From an uncultured Acidobacterium sp. (GTDB lineage Bacteria > Acidobacteriota > Vicinamibacteria > Vicinamibacterales > UBA2999), in assembly GCA_964350785.1 (NCBI GenBank), contig CAYGMD010000003.1:1-61624 (forward strand): a stretch of 61,624 nt of DNA, given 5' to 3'. Of the stretch, positions 54,829-61,624 are shown piece by piece (position 1 is the first letter of the stretch; each line of letters opens with the position of its first letter). The translations under genes and the position numbers were made by a program. Under the pieces are notes generated by a model. That model was not told the DNA's origin. It did no database searches and worked only from the letters and a program-made list of their open reading frames with translations.

Positions 54829-56721
54829 ATGCGACAAGCCACGCTGGCGATTCTAATCTTCGGCATTCTGTCCATCGGCGTCGACGGCCAGCAGTGGCCG
54901 CACTACGCCGGCGACCAGACCGCGTCGCACTACTCACCGCTCGAACAGATCACCGCCGCCAACGTCGGCTCGCTTCAGATCGCGTGGGAGTGGAAGCCCA
55001 ACGAGAAGGTCCTCTCTGAGTTCGGCACCCGGCCGGGCGCGTTCCAGAACACGCCGCTGATGATCGACGGCGTGCTCTACGTCAGCACGCCCTACAACCA
55101 GGTGGCGGCGCTCGATGCGGTGAGCGGCAAGGAACTCTGGCGCTACGATCCCAAGGCCTACGAAGACGGCCAGCCGCCCAACGGCCAGGGCTTCGCCCAT
55201 CGCGGCGTCGCCGCCTGGCGGGACGCGGCCAACGGCCGGCTTCGCATCTTCCTGAACGCGCGCTACAAGCTGATCCAGCTTGATGCCGCCACCGGCAGGC
55301 CCGTGCCGGCGTTTGGCACGGCCGGTGTCGTCGACCTCAGCGAGGGCCTGGTGTGGGCCATCAACAAGAAGCACTACACCAACACGTCCCCGCCCATCGT
55401 CTTCAAGAACCTGATCATCGTCGGCAACGGCGTCGGCGATCGGCTCACTTACAAGAACGATCCGCCCGGTGACGTGCGGGCGTTCGACGCGCGGACGGGC
55501 AAGCTGGTGTGGAAGTTCAACACCATCCCGCAGCGGGGCGAGTTCGGCAACAACACGTGGGACGCCGGTTCGTGGCAGTTCACCGGCCACACCAACGTGT
55601 GGGCGCCCATGAGCGTGGACGAGGCGCGCGGCCTGCTCTACCTGCCGGTCAGCACGCCGAGCAACGACTACTACGGCGGCCGCCGGCCCGGCCAGAACCT
55701 GTTCGCCGAGTCGCTGGTGTGCCTCGATGCCAATACCGGCGCGCGCAAGTGGCACTTCCAGATCGTGCATCACGGGTTGTGGGACTACGACCCCGCATCG
55801 GCGCCCAACCTGGTCACCCTCACCGTTGACGGCAAGCGCATCGACGCCGTGGTGCAGCTCACCAAGCAGGGCTGGGCGTTCGTGTTCGACCGGGTGAACG
55901 GCCGGCCGGTGTGGCCGATCGAGGAGCGCGCCGCGCCGCGCAGCGACGTGCCCGGCGAAGCCTCGTGGCCGACGCAGCCCTTCCCCACCAGGCCACCGGC
56001 GTTTGAATCCCAGGGCGTGACGCTCGACGATGCGTTCGATGCGACCCCGGCGTTGAAGGCGGCGGCGCAGGCCGAGTTGAAGAAGTATCGCCTGGGTCCC
56101 ATCTACACGCCGCCGTCGTTGCAGGGCACCGTGGTGCTGCCGGGCGTGTGGGGCGGCGCCAACTGGGGCGGTGGCGCCTTCGATCCCGAGACCGGACGCC
56201 TGTACGTGAAAACCTCGCGCAGCCCCGGCATCTTCAAGATGGAGCGTTTCGAGCCACCCGCGTCCACCGACGATCGGGCCGGCGAAGTGGACGCGGAGTG
56301 GATCAACCGCACCCAGCCCGGGTTCGTGGACGGCGTGCCCATCCTGAAGCCGCCCTACGCGCACCTGGTGGCCCTCGATCTCAATCGCGGCGACATTGCC
56401 TGGAAGGTGCCGTTCGGCGACGCGCCGGAACTGCGCAACGTGCCGGCCCTCAAGGGCGTGCCGCTGCCCGATCGTCTCGGCGCGGTCGGGCCGCCGGGCG
56501 CGATCGTCACGAAGGGCGGCCTCGTGTTCGTCGGCGGCAACGACATGGCCCTTTCGGCGTTCGACAAGGTGACGGGCCGTGAAGTGTGGCGTCACGTGCT
56601 GCCGCGCCAGGCCACCGCCACGCCCATGACGTACCTGGCGGCCGACGGCCGCCAGTTCGTCCTGATTGCCACCGGCCGTGGCGAAGACACGGCCCTCGTC
56701 GCCTTTGCTTCGTCCAAATGA
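54829..56721 (+). CDS. PQQ-dependent dehydrogenase (glucose/quinate type)
   Basis: FQNTPLMIDG, HHGLWDYD, NWGGGAFDP, ATPMTY. Confidence 0.92.
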   Translation: MRQATLAILIFGILSIGVDGQQWPHYAGDQTASHYSPLEQITAANVGSLQIAWEWKPNEKVLSEFGTRPGAFQNTPLMIDGVLYVSTPYNQVAALDAVSGKELWRYDPKAYEDGQPPNGQGFAHRGVAAWRDAANGRLRIFLNARYKLIQLDAATGRPVPAFGTAGVVDLSEGLVWAINKKHYTNTSPPIVFKNLIIVGNGVGDRLTYKNDPPGDVRAFDARTGKLVWKFNTIPQRGEFGNNTWDAGSWQFTGHTNVWAPMSVDEARGLLYLPVSTPSNDYYGGRRPGQNLFAESLVCLDANTGARKWHFQIVHHGLWDYDPASAPNLVTLTVDGKRIDAVVQLTKQGWAFVFDRVNGRPVWPIEERAAPRSDVPGEASWPTQPFPTRPPAFESQGVTLDDAFDATPALKAAAQAELKKYRLGPIYTPPSLQGTVVLPGVWGGANWGGGAFDPETGRLYVKTSRSPGIFKMERFEPPASTDDRAGEVDAEWINRTQPGFVDGVPILKPPYAHLVALDLNRGDIAWKVPFGDAPELRNVPALKGVPLPDRLGAVGPPGAIVTKGGLVFVGGNDMALSAFDKVTGREVWRHVLPRQATATPMTYLAADGRQFVLIATGRGEDTALVAFASSK

Positions 56722-56765
56722 CACCTGTAGCGTCCGGCTTTAGCCGGACCATTCAAGGAGACCCC

Positions 56766-57170
56766 ATGGCCGACCGTTACACGAAAGCTGTCCTCACGCT
56801 GATCGCCACTGCCCTCGTCTACCTGTGCATCGCCCTCACGCCGCTGCCGGGCGTGCAGGCGCAGGCCACGCTGAGGCCCGGCGAACCGACCGGGCCCGTG
56901 CAGGTCGTCGTCGTCGGCTGGCGCGGTGCGCCGGGCGAAAGCATCCCGGTGTCGGCCCGCGCGCCGGTGCCGGTCTCAATCGCCGCGCCCGTGCAGGTGG
57001 CCGGCCTGGTCGAGGTCAGGGGCAGCGTCAAGACCGAGAAGGCCACGGATCGCGCCGACCGCGTCGTCATGGTGGGATGGGAAGAAGGCGGCAGCCGGGA
57101 CGGCAAGGTCGTGCCGGTGATGAAACCCATCACGGCCCTCGACGCCCTGCCCGTCAGCGTCAAGCGATGA
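56766..57170 (+). CDS. Hypothetical protein with N-terminal TM/signal
   Basis: GGAG RBS; DRYTKAVLTLIATALVYLC; repeated VVVVGW/VVMVGW. Confidence 0.65.
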   Translation: MADRYTKAVLTLIATALVYLCIALTPLPGVQAQATLRPGEPTGPVQVVVVGWRGAPGESIPVSARAPVPVSIAAPVQVAGLVEVRGSVKTEKATDRADRVVMVGWEEGGSRDGKVVPVMKPITALDALPVSVKR

Positions 57171-57222
57171 GGGCTCGGGCGAGCCGGTACGCCCTTTGCT
57201 GAGGTAACCGCCGAGGAACCTG

Positions 57223-57429
57223 ATGAGCACAACCGTAATCGACCCGAAGACCCCCGCCACCAAGCCGCACGGCACCACCGACGACCAGATCAAGGAGATG
57301 GAAAGCGAAGGCCAGGCGAGCACGTCGCAGGCTACGCCCGAGGAACCCGCCAAGACGCCGAAGGCCACGGAGCCCGACAGGGGCGACCAGGACATCGACA
57401 CGGCCGGCACTGAAGCCGACAAGCCCTAA
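57223..57429 (+). CDS. Small acidic low-complexity protein
   Basis: GAGG RBS; high-GC3 codons. Confidence 0.55.
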   Translation: MSTTVIDPKTPATKPHGTTDDQIKEMESEGQASTSQATPEEPAKTPKATEPDRGDQDIDTAGTEADKP

Positions 57430-57432
57430 GCC

Positions 57433-57639
57433 ATGGCAACCGGCGACCCAATTCCGAACCGGCAAGACCGCAATGTGGAAGAGCCGGGCGACACCAACGC
57501 GGCCGACATCGTCGGCCGCACGGGCGAAGAGATGCCCACGCAGAGCCATGACGGCGTGGACGACGAGGATCGTACCCCGCCGCCCGCCGACGCCGGCGAT
57601 GATGACGACCATGAGGCCCAGAGCGGCCATCCGATCTAG
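57433..57639 (+). CDS. Small acidic low-complexity protein
   Basis: 3 nt after the previous stop; D/E-rich. Confidence 0.55.
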   Translation: MATGDPIPNRQDRNVEEPGDTNAADIVGRTGEEMPTQSHDGVDDEDRTPPPADAGDDDDHEAQSGHPI

Positions 57640-57648
57640 GATGGGCGC

Positions 57649-57819
57649 ATGAGCGATCGAGTTGTGGTCCACCTGCCGGCTATGCCCCAGCCGAAAGATT
57701 TCGGTCTGGACGCGAAAGTCAACGAAGACACGCCCGCCGCGGCGCGCTACGACAAGGCGCTGAAGGTGTGGGAGCGGGTCGTTCGCGACATTTCAAAGCG
57801 AGTCGGCAAAAAGAAGTAA
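57649..57819 (+). CDS. 56-aa hypothetical protein (below ORF-track cutoff)
   Basis: Manual: MSDRVVVHLPAMPQPKDFG...WERVVRDISKRVGKKK. Confidence 0.5.
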   Translation: MSDRVVVHLPAMPQPKDFGLDAKVNEDTPAAARYDKALKVWERVVRDISKRVGKKK

Positions 57820-57892
57820 CGGCCGGCGCCAGCCGGACCGTGCCGCGCGGGCAGGGTACGCGATATGCACAGGGATCATGCGGAGGATTCTT

Positions 57893-59044
57893 ATGTATTC
57901 GCGTGCGCTGCTTTCTCTTTCGTTCGTAGCTTTTTCGACCTCATTCGCCTTCGGCGCCACGGCTGAGCAGGCCCGCCCCGCCAGCATGCGCTTCGAAGCC
58001 ATGGATCGCAACGGCGACGGCGTGATCACGCGCGACGAATGGCAAGGCTCCGCGCGTTCGTTCCAGGTCCACGACTGGAATGGCGACGGCCGTCTGGCCG
58101 GCAACGAGGTCCGCATTGGCGCCCAGCGCAATGACGACCGCGAAGTGGCCGACCACGTTCCCGGCCGCACCGAGCGCTTCTTGAACTGGACGCCCGCCGG
58201 CTTCACCAGCCTCGACCACAATCGCGACAATCGCATCACCGCCAACGAGTGGCACTTCGACCTCGAGTCGTTCCGGCGCGCCGACGTCAACCGCGACGAC
58301 GTGCTGACGCGGGCCGAGTTCCTGGGCGAGGACGATGTCGATGACGACCGCGAAGACAGCTTCGACGACCTCGACGTGAACAACAACGGGCTGATCGAGC
58401 GCGGCGAGTGGCATGCCAGCACCAGCATGTTCAGCGTGCTGGACCGCAACCGCGACGGCGTGCTCAGCCGCTTCGAAGTCGTCGGCTCGGCGCCGAGCCA
58501 GGACACCTACGACGAGTTCGCCAGTCTCGACATCAACAGCAATGCGTCGATCGACCGCGCGGAATGGCACTGGTCAACGGCCAGCTTCACGCAGCGCGAC
58601 ACCAACCGCGACGGCCGGCTGTCGCGCCGCGAGTTCGACGCCAGCGGCGGCGCCCCCGCCGTGGCCTCGGCCGCCGGCACCGAGACCGTGCGCGTCAACG
58701 CGCAGCAGCGCTGGACCGACGCCGTCCTCACCGTGCGCGCCGGCGACACGATTACCTTTGACGCCAACGGCACGATCACGATGAGCGGCGACAACAACGA
58801 CACCGCCTCGCCGGCCGGCTCGAGCCGCGGCCGCACGGCGCCCGACGCGCCGGTGCTGAACCAGCTTGCCGGCGGCCTGATCATGCGGATCGACAGCTAC
58901 GGGCCGATCTTCATCGGCAACCGCCGCACCATCACGGCGCCCGTCAGCGGGCGTGTTTACCTTGGCGTGAACGACGACCACCTGCCCGACAACCAGGGCG
59001 AGTTCGTGGTGACCATCGGCGTCCGCGGCCGCACGTCACGATGA
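57893..59044 (+). CDS. Secreted multi-EF-hand protein with C-terminal LecA/PA-IL-like domain
   Basis: Eight DxNxDxxxxxxE loops; C-terminal GLIMRI...VYLGVNDDHLPDNQGEF. Confidence 0.8.
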   Translation: MYSRALLSLSFVAFSTSFAFGATAEQARPASMRFEAMDRNGDGVITRDEWQGSARSFQVHDWNGDGRLAGNEVRIGAQRNDDREVADHVPGRTERFLNWTPAGFTSLDHNRDNRITANEWHFDLESFRRADVNRDDVLTRAEFLGEDDVDDDREDSFDDLDVNNNGLIERGEWHASTSMFSVLDRNRDGVLSRFEVVGSAPSQDTYDEFASLDINSNASIDRAEWHWSTASFTQRDTNRDGRLSRREFDASGGAPAVASAAGTETVRVNAQQRWTDAVLTVRAGDTITFDANGTITMSGDNNDTASPAGSSRGRTAPDAPVLNQLAGGLIMRIDSYGPIFIGNRRTITAPVSGRVYLGVNDDHLPDNQGEFVVTIGVRGRTSR

Positions 59045-59047
59045 ACC

Positions 59048-59195
59048 TGACGGGAGGGCGCTTCTTGACGGGGGGACACATCTTGACGGGAGGGCACCTC
59101 CCGTCGGGAAACAACTCACCGTCAAGACGCATCTCCCGTCAGGAAGCAACTCCCCGTCCGTCAAGAGACGGCTCCCCGTCTGTTTTTTTGACGGG
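59048..59195. repeat. Array of GACGG/CCGTC motifs with about 18-nt period; last unit forms a terminator-like hairpin
   Basis: TGACGGG at 59048, 59066, 59084; CCGTC at 59101, 59119, 59136, 59154, 59158, 59176; AGACGG-CTCC-CCGTCT-GT7. Confidence 0.75.
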
Positions 59196-59224
59196 CATTT
59201 CCTGTGTTAAGCTTGAAAGTCTGT

Positions 59225-59302
<78 letters not shown>

Positions 59303-59501
59303 CACCTCTTCGCAATCAACTACTTCCACGCACGAGCCAGATTTCGACCTGAATTCTTAGCATGAATTTGGGTCATTTCCGGCAAGTTACACGCCATCAG
59401 TAGGTTAGGGGTCAGCTCCCTGACGCTTCCTGCGGCTCAGTGAACAATTCGATCAGGCTTACGTCTCTGACGTAGTCCGTTATTGACGTATAACCTGGTC
59501 A

Positions 59502-59559
59502 GTGACGTTCGTCGGAACGAAGCTCTTCACGGGAGGAGGAGATCGATGCCGAAGGCTAA
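59502..59559 (+). pseudogene. Collapsed RelE/HigB-like toxin
   Basis: GTG-TFVGTKLFT joined out of frame to EEIDAEG-stop overlapping the antitoxin ATG. Confidence 0.55.
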
Positions 59560-59818
59560 GCGGAATGTCGGCCAGGAGGTTCTCGAGGGCATCCGTCAGC
59601 TCAAGCGAGGCGAACACGGACGCGTGGTGAAGGTGCCGCCGGTCACTCGCATCCGCGAGAAGACCGGTCTGTCGCAACCGCGGTTCGCGGCGTTACTTGG
59701 AGTGTCTGTGCGTAATCTCCTGGAATGGGAGCAAGGTCGTCGTGCACCGTCGGGCGCGGCCCGAACATTGCTGCTCGTCGCGGAAAGGAATCCTCGTGCC
59801 CTTCTTGACGTCGCCTAA
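59546..59818 (+). CDS. HigA/NadS-like XRE HTH antitoxin
   Basis: IREKTGLSQPRFAALLGVSVRNLLEWEQGRRAPSGAA. Confidence 0.85.
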   Translation: MPKAKRNVGQEVLEGIRQLKRGEHGRVVKVPPVTRIREKTGLSQPRFAALLGVSVRNLLEWEQGRRAPSGAARTLLLVAERNPRALLDVA

Positions 59819-59846
59819 GAGGTAGCCTCGTCTAAACGGCCGGCCG

Positions 59847-60086
59847 TTACATGGTGGGCCAGAAAACCTCGTTCTCTTCGATCTCCCGAAAGCAATCCGC
59901 CGCCGTCAGTCCGCGGAAGACCGTGCACCACTTGTCCGTGTGGCGAAAGTACGCGAGATCGAATCTGCCGAAACCGGTCAGCGTCATCCGCGTGTGGCGA
60001 ACAACGAAGTCATCTTCGGGCCTGCGGCTTCGAGCGCGGTATCGAACGTTCAAGTAGAACGCCTTGCCGCGCCACTCCGGGAACAC
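59847..60086 (-). CDS. Hypothetical, DUF3024-like; 5' end uncertain
   Basis: WRGKAFY...RFDLAYFRHTDKW; the frame stays open upstream to 60243 without an ATG. Confidence 0.4.
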   Translation of the reverse strand: MFPEWRGKAFYLNVRYRARSRRPEDDFVVRHTRMTLTGFGRFDLAYFRHTDKWCTVFRGLTAADCFREIEENEVFWPTM

Positions 60087-60693
60087 GGCGATCGGATAGT
60101 TGAAGGGACCGGGATCGGCTTCAAATGGCGCCCTGTTGACGCTGCTCGCGCGTGCACGTCCGAAGAGGATCTTCTCACCGAACTCGTTGGCCGAAGCAGG
60201 CGATCGCCTCGAACGGAGGCCAGATGGACGCGAGTGGATCTTTCACTGCGCGCGAGCCTTCCGTATGGTTCCACTACCGCAATCCCAGAGGCGTCAGTGT
60301 TCGGCGCATGGACCGCTGCCGTCGTGGAGCAGGCTGATGCTGTGTTTACCGAGGTCAAGGAGAGGGACGGGCGCATCCTCGCCGTCCACGGCGGCCACGA
60401 CGGTCTGGAACTGCACTCGCGGTGCAACTCTGATGGAGTAATCTCGCTCACTGCCGTCGCGATCTCGGCATTCCGCATCGTTCGCGTGCCACGGGCGTGG
60501 GACAGTCCCGAGTGGCGCGCGGCGGAGGGAGATTCGCATCGCGAGCTCGATCGACTGGCGCGTAGGTTCCGAACGGCGATTGACGACTGGACGCAGAGTA
60601 TTGCCTCGCTAGCTACCTGGATCCGGTACTCGCCGCCAGTTGAGTGAGCCGTCAAGCTGTAAACACTCCGACGGTCTGAGGCTCAGGGCCTCG

Positions 60694-61074
60694 TTAGGAC
60701 TTCTTCGATCCGATCGGCAGGATTCGCACTTTGCCACGCGATTCGTCCACTGTGACGATCGCCCCTTCCTCCAGCTGCGATTCGTACGTCCGGATCACCG
60801 AGACGACCATCGGCCCGATACGGTCCGGGAGTACGTCGTGAGCGCGAACTTGGACGACGCTCGGACCGGATTCGCGCGTCAACGCGAGCAATGTTCCAAA
60901 GTCCAGATCGTGCGTGAAGATGACGCGCCGGTTCTCCCTGGCCCACGCCGTAATTGTTCGGTCCTTCGCGCGAGGATCGCCAACGGTGGACCAATGCACG
61001 GCGGGCCAACCGTGGCGGACGACAACGTCAACCCATAGCGGCGACAAATTAACGTCGACGACGAGGCGGATCAC
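60694..61074 (-). CDS. DUF5615 PIN-like (VapC45-type) toxin
   Basis: LVVDVNLS, AKD, IFTHDLDFG. Confidence 0.88.
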   Translation of the reverse strand: MIRLVVDVNLSPLWVDVVVRHGWPAVHWSTVGDPRAKDRTITAWARENRRVIFTHDLDFGTLLALTRESGPSVVQVRAHDVLPDRIGPMVVSVIRTYESQLEEGAIVTVDESRGKVRILPIGSKKS

Positions 61075-61298
61075 TTGCCGAGCGGGACCTCGGTCTCCTC
61101 AACGCGCCACGCGGCATAGGTCAGCGCCTCGCGGATGTCGTCCTCTTCCAGGTAGGGGTACGCGGCGAGGATCTGTGGGGTGTTCCGCCCGCTGGCCACG
61201 AGGCCGACGATCATCCCTACCGTGACGCGCAGTCCACGGATGCAGGGTTTGCCCCCCATCACGTCAGGGTCAAGCGTGATTCTGGTCAGTGGCGTCAC
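61071..61298 (-). CDS. DUF433 (VapB45-type) antitoxin
   Basis: RITLDPDVMGGKPCIRGLRVTV...YPYLEEDDIREAL. Confidence 0.9.
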   Translation of the reverse strand: MTPLTRITLDPDVMGGKPCIRGLRVTVGMIVGLVASGRNTPQILAAYPYLEEDDIREALTYAAWRVEETEVPLGK

Positions 61299-61452
61299 AG
61301 CGCGGCTCCCGTGATCTATTGTCGCACCGAACGCCGAGGCCGGTGCATGTGAACAATTCGTGAACAATTTCCACCAGAACACCAGGTGACAACGGGTCCT
61401 CAGTGGGGGCTAAACCAACGAAGAACCTTCGAGAAATAACACCTGCAGCAAC

Positions 61453-61497
61453 CTACGAACCAGGAGGTCGCATGTTCGAATCATGCTGGGCGCACCA
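61453..61497 (+). repeat. attR copy of the tRNA-Arg 3' half
   Basis: Identical to 59258-59302. Confidence 0.92.
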
Positions 61498-61571
61498 ACC
61501 TTCGCCAACCTATGCCATCATCCGTTGGCTACGGCTGGCAGGCCAAGCCCAAGAATCTAGCCACGCGGCTT

Positions 61572-61624
61572 TGCGTATTCCGGCCATTGTGATCACTCAG
61601 TCCGGTCATCGTGATCGCCGATTC
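61572..61624. mobile_element. Probable IS21-family terminal region
   Basis: TGCGTATTCCGG start, then TCCGG..AT.GTGATC units with a 22-nt period (61579, 61601, 61623). Confidence 0.6.

Noticed and set aside
59048-59195. CRISPR array
   Set aside because: Core only 5-8 nt, period 18 nt, mixed orientation, no cas genes.
60243-60245. Fifth Sec codon upstream of the DUF3024-like ORF
   Set aside because: No redox motif and another stop shortly upstream.
59940-60647. 235-aa plus-strand ORF in the islet
   Set aside because: 5' half overlaps a better minus-strand ORF; the 3' half may be a fragment but I recognise no family.

Overview
GC-rich bacterial DNA. Gene style and content (Oar-like TonB receptor, PQQ dehydrogenase, PD40/gluzincin protein) suggest Acidobacteriota, Vicinamibacteria-like; this is inference. 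Left ~1.5-44.2 kb: an accessory redox/metal-stress region running up to the 3' end of tRNA-Ser(CGA) and littered with gene remnants. It encodes four selenoproteins that the ORF track splits at in-frame UGA codons (two AhpD/CMD CxxU, one DUF3179 UxxC, one redoxin-DsbD-N UxxC). Each UGA is followed by a bacterial-SECIS-like hairpin with a CG(U/G)G loop, and a Cys paralog of the redoxin lacks the hairpin. The same region has a thioredoxin-CRP/FNR fusion, eight TGTGA-N6-TCACA-type boxes, two ECF sigma/anti-sigma pairs, seven TGTAAC-N14/15-nnn(G/T)AC ECF-type promoters, an intact and a broken bufferin (DUF2282/DUF692/DUF2063) locus, a YnjBCD-like ABC transporter and a sigma54 module. Best candidate for an undescribed system: a CRP-versus-ECF switch, with overlapping sites at 19062-19094, that would choose between Sec enzymes and a Cys/bufferin programme. 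Right ~45-59 kb: more ordinary genes (YihY, AI-2E, NhaP, TMEM175, tadA, PQQ dehydrogenase, EF-hand lectin) with unusual intergenic repeats. The window ends with a 2.2 kb integrase-less islet in tRNA-Arg(ACG) and a probable IS21 end. All family assignments are from motif recognition by eye; no searches were run.
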